64,000 bases of DNA. Origin: an uncultured Candidatus Saccharibacteria bacterium. GTDB lineage: Bacteria > Patescibacteriota > Minisyncoccia > Phycocordibacterales > CAIZLB01. A program made the position numbers and the translations under genes. How positions within the stretch are numbered: position 1 is the first letter of the stretch; every line of letters starts with the position of its first letter. The stretch is from positions 294,709-358,708 of the forward strand of contig CAYQJB010000001.1 of the NCBI GenBank assembly GCA_964417855.1. Direction: 5' to 3'. The notes under the pieces are model-generated. The model did not search any database and was not told where the DNA came from. It saw only the letters and a program-made list of their open reading frames with translations. Below are positions 41,667 through 52,143 of the stretch, piece after piece.

Positions 41667-41807
41667 GGGATGTTATAAAAGAGATAATAAAATAGTGGGT
41701 GCGGAGTATGGTGCTTAGCCCCCTTTATTTTTGCAGTGAAAATCTTTTGCTTTTCTTTATCAAAACTTTCGTGGAATCACATGTCTAATGTGATAGGTTG
41801 TTGAGTA

Positions 41808-42305
41808 ATGCGCAATAACCTTAAAAATGTTGCTTACATCGACAATACCAATTTACACAAAGGATGTGAATCCGAAGGTTTTAATATTGATTATATAAAA
41901 TTACGTACATATTTAAGAGAAAGACTTGATGTCGGAGTGGCCTATGTATTTATAGGATATGTACCCGGAAATGAAGAAAGATATAGAAAATTTCAAGAGC
42001 GAGGTTATACTTTGATATTTAAACCAACTATTCAGGATGGAATCGGAAAAATCAAAGGTAATTGTGATGCTGAATTGGTATTACAAGCCACCAGGGATTG
42101 TTGCGAAAATAATTTTAAAAAGATGGTTATTGTATCTAGCGATGGTGATTTTGGATGTCTCATTCAGTTTTTACAAGAAAGGGGTAAGTTAGAAATAGTA
42201 TTGAGTCCTAGAGGAAAAGAAAAATGCTCGACTCTTATCAAAAGACTTGCCTCCAAAATAACTTTTTTGCCAGAAGTGAAGCATTTAATTAGTAGAGATG
42301 GATAA
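41808..42305 (+). CDS. NYN/LabA-like nuclease domain protein (paralog of 3977-4615)
   Basis: VAYIDNTNL and VIVSSDGDF motifs. Confidence 0.75.
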   Translation: MRNNLKNVAYIDNTNLHKGCESEGFNIDYIKLRTYLRERLDVGVAYVFIGYVPGNEERYRKFQERGYTLIFKPTIQDGIGKIKGNCDAELVLQATRDCCENNFKKMVIVSSDGDFGCLIQFLQERGKLEIVLSPRGKEKCSTLIKRLASKITFLPEVKHLISRDG

Positions 42306-42317
42306 ATTAATATAAAT

Positions 42318-42359
42318 GAATAGCCCCCATTGCGGACGAAACCGCAACAGGAGCTATTC
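42318..42359 (+). other. compound hairpin (GAATAGC...GCTATTC enclosing TTGCGG...CCGCAA) upstream of gatB
   Basis: two nested perfect stems read directly; no T-tract. Confidence 0.3.
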
Positions 42360-42433
42360 GAGGTGATACTTGGTATTATATACAAATCAAACGGGTTGTC
42401 AAATACCTATATTTATATTATCTTTAACTACAT

Positions 42434-44008
42434 ATGACACAAACAGACCCTGTAATAAAGACTCAAAACAGCTCAATTTTGCCTGAAAATACATATGTCT
42501 CACCAAATACTGGTAAAACATACTATCCGGTAGTCGGTCTTGAAATTCACGCAGAACTTAGAACAAATTCTAAGATGTTTTGTTCATGTAAAAATGATCC
42601 TGATGAAGAAAAGCCAAATACTAATATCTGTGCAATATGTATGGGTCATCCTGGGACTCTTCCTGTTATAAACAAGGAGGCTGTAAAACATGTGATAAAA
42701 GTTGGAACAGCAATTGGGGCAAGTATTGCAGATTATACAGAATGGGATCGTAAAAACTATTTTTATCCTGATATTCCAAAAGGTTATCAGATTACACAAT
42801 TTGCTTTTCCTTTGATTACAAATGGAGTTATTAACATTGACCTTGGTGGTGGATTACCTTTGCAACCTGTCAAAATTACAAGAATTCACCTTGAAGAAGA
42901 TACTGCAAGCTCAAGTCACACAAAAGGGGACTTTAGTCTCGTTGATTTTAATAGAGCTGGTGTTCCTTTGATGGAACTTGTAACTGAACCTGTAATTCAC
43001 AGTGCAAAAGTAGCCGGTGCATTTGCAAGAGAATTGCAATTATTACTTAGATATTTAAACGCTGGTAATGCAAACATGGAAAAAGGGGAGATGCGTGTTG
43101 AGGTAAACATCTCTGTTTCAACCGAGCAAGGAGTTTTTGGAACAAAAGCGGAAATTAAAAATCTAAACTCATTTAGATCAGTTGAGCGTTCAATTGAATT
43201 TGAGATAAGACGCCATGTGGACGTAATTGAAGAAGGAGGAAAGATTGTTCAAGAGACAAGAGGTTTCGATGAGACTACAGGGAAGACATTTTCTCAGCGT
43301 GCAAAAGAAAATTCAAATGACTATAGATATTTTCCAGACCCTGACCTTCCAAAGATTTTTATTTCAGAAATTCCAGAGCTAGCACCAGATAGAATAAAAA
43401 CAGAAATTGGAGAACTTCCATGGGAGAAACGTGCAAGATATAAGAAGGATTTTGGCATGAAGGACGAGGATGCTGAAATGTTTGTCCAGAATGATACTTT
43501 TAGAAAGTTCTTTGATTCTTTTGTTGGTGCAGAAAATGCTAATCATTCTCCTGAAAAAATAAAGGTAGGTATTAACTACATAACATCAGATATCGCGGGG
43601 TTAGTTAAGAAGTCTTCAAAAACTGATATATTAATTTCGGTACCATTCTTTATAGAGATGATCGATATGATTGATAAGGGGGAGCTTTCTTCTCGTGCTG
43701 CAAAAGATATTCTATTTAAGTATTGGGGTACACAGGCGGAGGGCGGAGCATTTGTAGAAAATATTAATGATGAAACTCGTTCTCCTAAGCAGATTGCTGA
43801 ACAAGAAGGTTTGATACAAAAAAATGATCCAGAAGCTCTTAAGAAAATGATTCAGGAGATAATTGATGTAAATCAAGGTGTAGTTGCTGAGTATAAGGCT
43901 GGAAAGGAAGCTTCTCTACAATTCTTACTGGGGCAGATTATGAAAGTAAGCAAGGGATCTGTGAATCCTGCTGTTGCAAAGTCAACTTTAATTGAAATCA
44001 TTAAGTAA
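42434..44008 (+). CDS. gatB: aspartyl/glutamyl-tRNA(Asn/Gln) amidotransferase subunit B
   Basis: VVGLEIHAEL...CSCK N-terminus and C-terminal YqeY/GatB domain. Confidence 0.95.
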   Translation: MTQTDPVIKTQNSSILPENTYVSPNTGKTYYPVVGLEIHAELRTNSKMFCSCKNDPDEEKPNTNICAICMGHPGTLPVINKEAVKHVIKVGTAIGASIADYTEWDRKNYFYPDIPKGYQITQFAFPLITNGVINIDLGGGLPLQPVKITRIHLEEDTASSSHTKGDFSLVDFNRAGVPLMELVTEPVIHSAKVAGAFARELQLLLRYLNAGNANMEKGEMRVEVNISVSTEQGVFGTKAEIKNLNSFRSVERSIEFEIRRHVDVIEEGGKIVQETRGFDETTGKTFSQRAKENSNDYRYFPDPDLPKIFISEIPELAPDRIKTEIGELPWEKRARYKKDFGMKDEDAEMFVQNDTFRKFFDSFVGAENANHSPEKIKVGINYITSDIAGLVKKSSKTDILISVPFFIEMIDMIDKGELSSRAAKDILFKYWGTQAEGGAFVENINDETRSPKQIAEQEGLIQKNDPEALKKMIQEIIDVNQGVVAEYKAGKEASLQFLLGQIMKVSKGSVNPAVAKSTLIEIIK

Positions 44009-44089
44009 ATAGGTTTTTAGGCTAGGTGTTTTTCTATTGGTTTCTTTGCTATAATGATGTTAAGTTACTATTAATTAAGATAATACATC

Positions 44090-45118
44090 ATGCCACAAAC
44101 AAGAATTGCCATTAATGGCGCCGGTAGAATAGGAAGAGCTTTTCTAAAGCTTGCAATTACTAATCCAGATTTCCAAATTGTTGCTATTAATGATTTAGCA
44201 GATATTGAGAATATTGCGTATCTTTTAAAATACGATTCTGCTTATGGAAGAAGTGGACTAGATATAAAGGCGGACAAGGTCGCTGGAGTTTTGAATATTA
44301 ATGGTCAAGAAGTTAAGTATTTATCAGAAAAAGACCCCGCAATGCTTCCTTGGAAGGAATTAGCAGTTGATATTGTTCTTGAGTCAACCGGTCTTTTTGT
44401 TTCTCGAGTAAAAGCAGAAGCTCATATTTTAGCTGGCGCAAAAAGAGTTGTTGTTTCAGCTCCAACAAAAGATGAGGTTGGGGCACTACAAGCAGCAACA
44501 GTTCTTATGGGAATAAATGAAGCTGACATTGCAACTTGCCCTGTGACTTCAAACGCATCTTGTACAACAAATGCGGCGAGTCCACTTATCTCAATTTTAA
44601 ATGAAACTATTGGAATTGAATCTGCAATTCTAAATACTGTTCATGGTTACACAGCAAGTCAGTCATTAGTTGACGGGCCAAATAAAAAAGACTGGAGAGA
44701 AGGAAGAGCGGCTGCGATGAACATCGTTCCATCTTCAACTGGTGCTGCAATTGCTGTCACAAAAGTTATAACAGATCTTGCCGGAAAGTTCGACGGAGTA
44801 TCAATGAGAGTACCGGTTATTACAGGATCAATTGTAGATATTACCTTTATTGCAAAGCGAGCAACAACAAAAGAGGAAGTGAATGAAATTTTAAAGAAGG
44901 CAGCGATTGATGCTAGATGGGATGGAATATTTGAGGCATCAGAAGAAGAACTTGTATCGAGGGATATAATTGGTAACCCCCATGCTTCTATTGCTGACCT
45001 GAAGCTTACAAGGGTTGTTAATGGTAATCTAGTCAAAGTTCTAGCATGGTATGATAATGAAATGGGTTACACTCATGCGTTGCTGAAACACGTTGTTAAA
45101 GCTGCTGCAAACCTATAA
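44090..45118 (+). CDS. gap: glyceraldehyde-3-phosphate dehydrogenase
   Basis: INGAGRIGR NAD motif, ASCTTNA catalytic Cys. Confidence 0.95.
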   Translation: MPQTRIAINGAGRIGRAFLKLAITNPDFQIVAINDLADIENIAYLLKYDSAYGRSGLDIKADKVAGVLNINGQEVKYLSEKDPAMLPWKELAVDIVLESTGLFVSRVKAEAHILAGAKRVVVSAPTKDEVGALQAATVLMGINEADIATCPVTSNASCTTNAASPLISILNETIGIESAILNTVHGYTASQSLVDGPNKKDWREGRAAAMNIVPSSTGAAIAVTKVITDLAGKFDGVSMRVPVITGSIVDITFIAKRATTKEEVNEILKKAAIDARWDGIFEASEEELVSRDIIGNPHASIADLKLTRVVNGNLVKVLAWYDNEMGYTHALLKHVVKAAANL

Positions 45119-45146
45119 AGATTTAATCAGGTAGAAAAACAAAAAT

Positions 45147-45455
45147 ATGAAAAAAATTACAATTTTAGAGATCGGGCTTGCAGGAGGATTGTACAATGTC
45201 TTTGCATTGCTTTTTACAAATTTGATTATGCAAATACATAATCCTTATCTTGGAAGATTTGTTATGACTGTTATGCAAAGATCAAGTTCTTTTAGTTACG
45301 GTCTTACAACAGGTAGTGTTTTAAATGGAGGTCTTTGGGTGTTCTTAGCAGGCTTTATTCAATTTGGGGGAATAGCATTTATTTTCTATATTCTTTCAAC
45401 AAGGAACGTTTTAACAAGAACGTTTTCTCGATGGGTTAAGTCGAGTGAGAAATAG
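45147..45455 (+). CDS. hypothetical small membrane protein
   Basis: 102 aa, 3 hydrophobic segments. Confidence 0.45.
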   Translation: MKKITILEIGLAGGLYNVFALLFTNLIMQIHNPYLGRFVMTVMQRSSSFSYGLTTGSVLNGGLWVFLAGFIQFGGIAFIFYILSTRNVLTRTFSRWVKSSEK

Positions 45456-45508
45456 GATTAATTAAGTTTAGTAAAACAAACTAAAATCTAAAATATAATA
45501 ATAAAATC

Positions 45509-46018
45509 ATGAAAATATTTATAGCAGCTGATCATGCAGGATATGAGTTAAAAAAAGCATTAATAGAAGATATAACTTTTTCAGGAGCTACCGTTATCGA
45601 TTGTGGGGCAACAGACTACAATGAAAATGATGATTATCCGTTAATAATTCAAATTGCAGCACAAGCTGTTTCAGAAGCTGAGAGCGCAAGACTTGCAGGA
45701 GGTGCAGAGTATACGGATGGGGAAGTTAGAGGAATTGTTATTGGGGGATCAGGTCAAGGAGAAGCGATTGTTGCGAACAAATTTCCACATATTAGAACTA
45801 CGGTTTATTATGGAGGAGTTCAGGAAATAATCACACTTTCTCGTGAGCATAATGATTCAAATGTTTTGTCACTTGGGGCTAGATTTATTTCAGAGAATGA
45901 GGCTATAATGGCAGTAAGGCTTTGGTTGGGAACACAGTTTAGTCAAGAAGATAGGCATGTAAGAAGAATAGATCAAATAGAAGAGATTGAAGGTAGAGTT
46001 AAGGATACGCTATATTAA
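45509..46018 (+). CDS. rpiB: ribose-5-phosphate isomerase B (RpiB/LacAB family)
   Basis: MKIFIAADHAGYELK N-terminus. Confidence 0.85.
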   Translation: MKIFIAADHAGYELKKALIEDITFSGATVIDCGATDYNENDDYPLIIQIAAQAVSEAESARLAGGAEYTDGEVRGIVIGGSGQGEAIVANKFPHIRTTVYYGGVQEIITLSREHNDSNVLSLGARFISENEAIMAVRLWLGTQFSQEDRHVRRIDQIEEIEGRVKDTLY

Positions 46019-46023
46019 TTAAT

Positions 46024-46085
46024 GGGGTCAGGTGATTCTGGTCAAAGACCTGAATTGCGAGTACCTACTACTGGTACCTGACCCC
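46024..46085 (+). other. multi-branched GC-rich stem-loop (outer 10-bp stem GGGGTCAGGT/ACCTGACCCC with two inner hairpins)
   Basis: stems read directly; between rpiB stop and the rpe-like gene start. Confidence 0.3.
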
Positions 46086-46108
46086 AAAATAACAAACAAC
46101 TAGAAATA

Positions 46109-46861
46109 ATGTCAAAGTCAAAAACAGAAATCATACCCGCAATAATGGCAACTTCATATGAGGATTTAACGTTCAAAGTTTCATATATGAATGGCATTGC
46201 TAAATTCGTGCAAATTGATGCAATGGACGGCAAATTCACTGAAGGTAAGTCATGGCCTTATATAAAATCTGAAGATAGAGATTTTGTTAAAATTATAAAA
46301 CAGGAAGAAGGTCTACCAGGATGGCAAGACGTTGATTTTGAAATTGACCTAATGATACGTGATGTTGAAAACGAAGCTTCAAAGTGGATTGCTGCTGGCG
46401 CAACAAGACTTGTAATACATTATAAGAGTGAGCCTGAAGAGATTATAAAGAGGGTTGTGAGAGATTGTAAAGACAAGGGGGTGGAGGTTATTCTGGATTT
46501 TGAACTAGATATGAGTGCTGAAGAGATTATAAAGATCTTACATAATTTTATGGATGATGTTGATGCAGGTGGAACAACTCCAGCTGAGGACGGTATTAAA
46601 CTTGATGGTGTGCAAATAATGGGAATCGATAAGATTGGAGTTCAGGGAGAAAAATTTGATCATAAAGTAATGGATTACATTAGAGAAATTCACAAAGAAT
46701 TTCCAGATTTAATTATTTCTGTCGATGGAGGTGTAAAACCAGAATACGCAAAACCTTTGGCTGACATTGGTGTTTCAAGATTGGTTGTTGGCTCTGCTAT
46801 TTTTAGCGATGATTCACCAAGAGATGCCTACGAGCACTTTAGATCCGTTTTGGATTTCTAG
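46109..46861 (+). CDS. ribulose-phosphate 3-epimerase-like TIM-barrel protein (divergent)
   Basis: IDAMDGKF and C-terminal VDGGV...VVGSAIF resemble Rpe; an insertion in the middle. Confidence 0.7.
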   Translation: MSKSKTEIIPAIMATSYEDLTFKVSYMNGIAKFVQIDAMDGKFTEGKSWPYIKSEDRDFVKIIKQEEGLPGWQDVDFEIDLMIRDVENEASKWIAAGATRLVIHYKSEPEEIIKRVVRDCKDKGVEVILDFELDMSAEEIIKILHNFMDDVDAGGTTPAEDGIKLDGVQIMGIDKIGVQGEKFDHKVMDYIREIHKEFPDLIISVDGGVKPEYAKPLADIGVSRLVVGSAIFSDDSPRDAYEHFRSVLDF

Positions 46862-46883
46862 TTAATAACTTTTAAAATTTTTT

Positions 46884-49800
46884 TTGTACTGTGTTATAAT
46901 TCACAGCATGAAAAAGTTTTTTTTATTGTTTCTTACATTAATTATATTAAGTATATCGGCCCACATTTCTGTTTTTGCTCAAACAAAGCTTGACCCAAAA
47001 ATATATGATAAATACGGATTCAGACTTGATCAAAAACTACATAAACCAGCAACCTCTACACCGTCAATTTTATCAATAGCATCTTCGACTTTACTAAAAG
47101 CAACTTCTACCTTAGTAAAGCCTGACGTGCCACCAGTTGATTTGTCGGCTTTTAAACAAGGAGAAGCTGCTTCATGTTTTGATTACTATACCTTTGGAAG
47201 TATAGCTGTAAACCTTTCAACAGATGCATCTACATATAGTCCTGGAGATGTGGTTATCTTACGTGGTGAAATTAAGAATAATAATAAATATCCAATTACT
47301 AATTTGACTGTAAGAGCTAGATTAGTAAAAGATATTCCAAATCCAGATTATCTAAGATCGGAAATTATCACGTTACAAGATTTTAATATCGTAGAAAATA
47401 TAACACTAGATGCTGGTAAAAGTTTTGCTGTTAATTACTCACATTTATTGCCGTTGAACTCACCAAAAGGCGAGTATAAGTTGCTATTTTATGCATATAA
47501 TAATGACCGATTTGAGCAATCAGGTTTATCGTTTTCAAATATTTCTACAGCACAAAGCTTGAGATTTAAGGTTGTCGGCAATAATCCTCAGCAGGTATAT
47601 TTGGACCAAACAAAGATTACTGTCAACGACATGGATTATAATGTGATAGGACCAATACCAGAAATAGCCAAAAGTAATTCGGCAAACATTTCAATACCAC
47701 TAGTGAATCCAACAGGTAAGGATGAAAAAATGACAATTACATACTCTTTGTATAAATGGGATGACTTGCTTGATAAAAACAAAGTAGACTCAAAAGTGGA
47801 AAATATTACCGTCTCAGCAAACAGCAAGGTTAATTTGTTGTACAAGGTGGTCAAGACGGATATGCCTATTTATTACTTAAATATCAAATCAGATAAAGCA
47901 AATGCAAATAATGATTTAAACAAAAAAAGTAAAACCGTTTTTGATATTCAAACAGAGTCGAACGTACGATTTGCGGTTGCAGGCTATGACTATCCGAGAA
48001 TAAATTCATTTGGCGTTAACACATATCCAATAGTTGCTGGACAGGATATATCATTGTTTACCTGTTATAATAATGCAGCAAAAAAAGATACACAAAGTAA
48101 TGTGAATATCAGCACAATTTTATATGATGACAAGAATAATATTATCTCTAAAACTCAGTACGATGGAAAGATTAATGGAAGTATCAGTGCAATCTTTAAT
48201 AGGTTTAAAAGTAAGAGAGATATTGTAAATTTCAAGGCTGAAGTAGTGATTACTGATAGTGCTGGAAATATTATTGATAAAATAGAAAATAATTACAATT
48301 GTAAGGACATTAATCCCAAGATATGTCCAGCTGAAATTAATAACAATTCAGCTTGGATTATTTTGTTTTTTCTAATTTTGATTGTATTCATGATTATAAT
48401 TTTTTATGTAAAAATTAAAAGTAATAAAAGAAAGTCGGTAAATTTAATATCGATGATTTTTACTATAATCTTCACAATTATTCCAAGCTTGATGTTTGCG
48501 CATACATCAGAGGCTGCGACCCGAAGGGCATCGTTGGATTTTTACATGGATAGTTCAGCAAATGGTGCCCCAGATTCTATTGGATTGGTAGAAAAAGAAT
48601 TTAATTTTAATAAATCTGGAATCAATCTAAGTGATGTAGACTTGAATGTTCTAAATGTTGGTGAATCTATCGATGCATCCTCGCCATCAGCTGTTGGATC
48701 GTGGTATTTTAAAGGTTACCCATTGGACCATACTAATATGGATGGCAGTAAATATATGTCGAGTGATACCTATGATTTTTCAACAACTTATGTCGATTTT
48801 TCAATGGGGACGCCTATTGAAGTAGGTGATACAAATATTAGTTCAGATAATCCTAGTGTAGTATCTTGTATATCAAACAAATGTACGGCGGTAGGACCTG
48901 GTACAGCAAATATTAATGTATCCTTTGCTGATAAAGAGAATGAAACTTCAAATGATATTAAAACATGTGATGTGTTCGATTTTACTTACAAGCGCTGGAA
49001 GGGTGATTATTTGACTCCAGGACGATCCTATGGATATGGCTTAGCACCTAACTGTGTACCTGGTAGGCTTGCCAATGCAGGAATGGATACAAGTTTTGTC
49101 CGTAGTCATTTTATACCGTATTACGATAGTATGGACGAAGCGCTATTTCCTACTTATGCATATTCTTATTTTGATAATATTCGTTTTTTCCCAGGTCCTA
49201 GTAAGGGCTTTGGTATTGTTAATACACTGCTTCATATATATGTAGATCATACGGATTTTGCAGACCCAGATTCGGGTTCATCAGATTGGAGTATTGGTGC
49301 TGCTCAGGCATTTTCTTTTGATCCAATTAAATATGCAATAACTGTTCCATCAACTATAAACGCAACACAGACATCTGCCTGTACTGGCGTAACAAATATC
49401 TCTCAGTCTTCTGCAACTGTGAATTGGTCCTACGTAGATCCTGAGGGCGACCCTCAAACAAATTTTCAGGTACAAATATCAGTAGATTCCACCTTTGCTG
49501 ATTCAAGTATTGTTAATTCAGTTGCAGCATCAGCAAACACAGACGCGTCATCTGTCAGGTCAGTATCAATACAAGGTCTTACTTCTAATACTACATACTT
49601 TTGCAGAGTAAGGACACTTAATACTGCAAATGGATGGAGTGAGTATAATAATTGTTCCAATAGTTTTATTACAACTGGAAATAACATTTCAGCTCCAACC
49701 ATCTCAGGCCCACACGATGTCTCCCTTGGGGTGCCAGCAACATACACAGCTTCATCCAGCTTGGCTGCTGTTACAAAAAAAGAAAATGATTCATTCTTTG

Positions 49801-50678
49801 CATCAGTATTTTTTGCTCTTAAAAAAGTTTTTGCACAAACATCCACAGAAACTAAGTTAGTATATCAATTTGATTGGAATAATGATGGTATAATAGACTA
49901 TTCTAGTGATCCTGTGTTACCTGGTGTTGAGGTACAAGCCTCAAATACTTGGAATACAAAAGGAGACTTCATCTTCAAAGCAAGAGCTACCGAACCAGTA
50001 AGTGGAGTTTCTTCAGATTGGGTGAGCTTTAATATAAATGTCAGCGATAAACCTAAAGTACAAGCATTATTCTATTGTGTTTCCCCAAACCTATCTTGGG
50101 GTGCTGTTCCAAATGCTATAAGTTATGATTTTGAAGTGAAAAATAAAACAGATTTAACCTCTGTACACAAAACTATAACAGGTCTAACTGTAGATATTTC
50201 TCAGTATCTAAATAATACAAATATCTCGTTTGGTGTTAGAGCAATATATTCTGGAAATCTTAAGGGAGATCAAACCTGGGTAAATAATATTACGCCAACT
50301 TGTCCTAAGTTGGGTGATAGTTTGAACATAAAGAGCGGTATGATATTTGGATCAAATCCGCCATGGGCAAATGAAACAACTAAAAAATGTGCATATTTTG
50401 GACAAATAGATCCTACTATTGTTATGTCAGATGAAAAAACCTACACAGGAATTGTTGTAAAAGCATGCTCAATTGATGGAATAAGTGTGTCTTTGTCTAA
50501 TACAGTAAATGGGGGAAAGGGGTTTGAGAATATACCAAAAAATGTTGGGAATCATATATTGTCCTGTAATTTAGATTATGATAATGGAATAGATGCTAAT
50601 GGTGCTGTTATAAGATCTAATGCAACGACTGTATTAAGTGCTAAGTGTTCAAACTTGGCAAACACTGTGGAGAAATAA
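46884..50678 (+). CDS. giant surface protein: signal peptide, ~460-aa extracellular region, TM hairpin (possible internal signal peptide), Fn3-like domain
   Basis: 1264-aa ORF; two hydrophobic segments at ~490-545 with AHTSEA signal-peptidase-like site; Fn3-like segment SATVNWSYVDPEGDPQTNFQVQIS...TYFCRVR. Confidence 0.75.
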   Translation: MYCVIIHSMKKFFLLFLTLIILSISAHISVFAQTKLDPKIYDKYGFRLDQKLHKPATSTPSILSIASSTLLKATSTLVKPDVPPVDLSAFKQGEAASCFDYYTFGSIAVNLSTDASTYSPGDVVILRGEIKNNNKYPITNLTVRARLVKDIPNPDYLRSEIITLQDFNIVENITLDAGKSFAVNYSHLLPLNSPKGEYKLLFYAYNNDRFEQSGLSFSNISTAQSLRFKVVGNNPQQVYLDQTKITVNDMDYNVIGPIPEIAKSNSANISIPLVNPTGKDEKMTITYSLYKWDDLLDKNKVDSKVENITVSANSKVNLLYKVVKTDMPIYYLNIKSDKANANNDLNKKSKTVFDIQTESNVRFAVAGYDYPRINSFGVNTYPIVAGQDISLFTCYNNAAKKDTQSNVNISTILYDDKNNIISKTQYDGKINGSISAIFNRFKSKRDIVNFKAEVVITDSAGNIIDKIENNYNCKDINPKICPAEINNNSAWIILFFLILIVFMIIIFYVKIKSNKRKSVNLISMIFTIIFTIIPSLMFAHTSEAATRRASLDFYMDSSANGAPDSIGLVEKEFNFNKSGINLSDVDLNVLNVGESIDASSPSAVGSWYFKGYPLDHTNMDGSKYMSSDTYDFSTTYVDFSMGTPIEVGDTNISSDNPSVVSCISNKCTAVGPGTANINVSFADKENETSNDIKTCDVFDFTYKRWKGDYLTPGRSYGYGLAPNCVPGRLANAGMDTSFVRSHFIPYYDSMDEALFPTYAYSYFDNIRFFPGPSKGFGIVNTLLHIYVDHTDFADPDSGSSDWSIGAAQAFSFDPIKYAITVPSTINATQTSACTGVTNISQSSATVNWSYVDPEGDPQTNFQVQISVDSTFADSSIVNSVAASANTDASSVRSVSIQGLTSNTTYFCRVRTLNTANGWSEYNNCSNSFITTGNNISAPTISGPHDVSLGVPATYTASSSLAAVTKKENDSFFASVFFALKKVFAQTSTETKLVYQFDWNNDGIIDYSSDPVLPGVEVQASNTWNTKGDFIFKARATEPVSGVSSDWVSFNINVSDKPKVQALFYCVSPNLSWGAVPNAISYDFEVKNKTDLTSVHKTITGLTVDISQYLNNTNISFGVRAIYSGNLKGDQTWVNNITPTCPKLGDSLNIKSGMIFGSNPPWANETTKKCAYFGQIDPTIVMSDEKTYTGIVVKACSIDGISVSLSNTVNGGKGFENIPKNVGNHILSCNLDYDNGIDANGAVIRSNATTVLSAKCSNLANTVEK

Positions 50679-50713
50679 AACTGGTCTGCTATATTTTGAT
50701 GTATAATGTATGT

Positions 50714-51574
50714 ATGTCATTATCTAATGATCAAATCTCTTTAATAAAAACAAAAGCCAAAGAAATTAGAATCGGAGTTATAGAGATGTTGGCTGAAGCA
50801 AAATCCGGTCATTCTGCTGGCGCCCTTGGTATGGCTGATATATTTTCTACACTATATTTTAGCTTGCTTAAAAAAGAAGACCGTCTTGTTTTATCAAATG
50901 GCCATATTTGCCCCGTCCTATATTCGTCAATGGCCTCAGCTGGAATAATTGATAAAGCAGAATTGAAAACCTTAAGAAAATTTGGAAGTATTTTACAAGG
51001 TCATCCTCATAGGGAATTTCTACCATCACTGCAAACAAGCTCAGGGCCACTTGGCTCAGGACTTTCACAGGCTGTTGGGATGGCGATCGCTGATAAAATT
51101 GATGATAGTAATTATGAAAAACTACCTAAGAGATTTGTCTATTGCATGATGTCCGATGGGGAACTAGACGAAGGACAAAGCTGGGAGGCGGTAATGCTTG
51201 GGGCAAAGGAAAAACTCGTAAATCTAATTGCAATTGTCGATAGGAATAATATTCAAATCGGAGGAAGTACAGAAGAAGTAATGCCATTATCGCCCACAGG
51301 CGCATCTCTATTTGATAAATGGAAATCTTTTAACTGGTATGTTCAAGAGATTGACGGGCATGACATACAAGCAATAAATGACGCTGTAATAAAGGCACAA
51401 ACAAACCTTGTTAGACCGTCTGTGATAATTGCACACACTATTCCTGGAAAGGGAGTGAGTTTTATGGAGAATAGATTTGAGTGGCATGGAATTCCGCCCG
51501 GAATTCAAAATGTAGATGGAGCTCCTAAAAAAGAAAAACAAATTGAAGTTGCATTGCAAGAACTTTCTATATAG
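50714..51574 (+). CDS. transketolase, N-terminal (ThDP-binding) subunit
   Basis: GHSAGALGMADIF and GPLGSGLSQAVGMA ThDP motifs; ORF track start 50645, ATG 50714 preferred. Confidence 0.9.
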   Translation: MSLSNDQISLIKTKAKEIRIGVIEMLAEAKSGHSAGALGMADIFSTLYFSLLKKEDRLVLSNGHICPVLYSSMASAGIIDKAELKTLRKFGSILQGHPHREFLPSLQTSSGPLGSGLSQAVGMAIADKIDDSNYEKLPKRFVYCMMSDGELDEGQSWEAVMLGAKEKLVNLIAIVDRNNIQIGGSTEEVMPLSPTGASLFDKWKSFNWYVQEIDGHDIQAINDAVIKAQTNLVRPSVIIAHTIPGKGVSFMENRFEWHGIPPGIQNVDGAPKKEKQIEVALQELSI

Positions 51575-51592
51575 TGTTATAATTTAAATATT

Positions 51593-51847
51593 ATGTCAAT
51601 TGAATTTGATGAACAAGGTGGGGAATCTAGCAAAAACAGCAGACTGTTGTATGCAAAGTTTCAAAAAACTATTCAACCCCCTGCAATAATATTATTTTTG
51701 ATTAGAAAGCATATTGTAAAAGATGAGAAAAGGGCAAGGATATTGCTGTTAGTGCTAGTTTTATTAATATTTTTTATAAGTGCATATTTGTTTATTAAAG
51801 GGTTAGGCGGTCCTGTTTTTATTGATAGGGTTAATAAGTATAAATAA
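51593..51847 (+). CDS. small single-pass membrane protein, paralog A
   Basis: 84 aa; shares LYAKFQK..PPxI..FL..IVK...AR...PVFIDR with the next ORF. Confidence 0.5.
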   Translation: MSIEFDEQGGESSKNSRLLYAKFQKTIQPPAIILFLIRKHIVKDEKRARILLLVLVLLIFFISAYLFIKGLGGPVFIDRVNKYK

Positions 51848-51875
51848 ACATCATAAAACATTGCAATAACTTTCT

Positions 51876-52139
51876 GTGAGGTGGTATAATTATATTATTA
51901 TGAAATTAGAAAAAAGTAAGCACAAAAAAGAGTCTGGTGGAAAATTTTTATATGCAAAACTGCAGAAAAGTTCTACACCCCCATCAATCGTAGTTTTTCT
52001 GGTTAAAAATCAAATTGTTAAAACAGAAGCGTCCGCAAGAAGATTGTGGCTTTTTTTGATAATAGTCATTTTTTTAATAAGCTTTGCCTTGATTATCAAG
52101 TGTGTTAATAATCCAGTTTTTATTGATAGAATAAAATAA
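51876..52139 (+). CDS. small single-pass membrane protein, paralog B
   Basis: 87 aa; tandem duplicate of 51593-51847. Confidence 0.5.
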   Translation: MRWYNYIIMKLEKSKHKKESGGKFLYAKLQKSSTPPSIVVFLVKNQIVKTEASARRLWLFLIIVIFLISFALIIKCVNNPVFIDRIK

Positions 52140-52143
52140 TATT

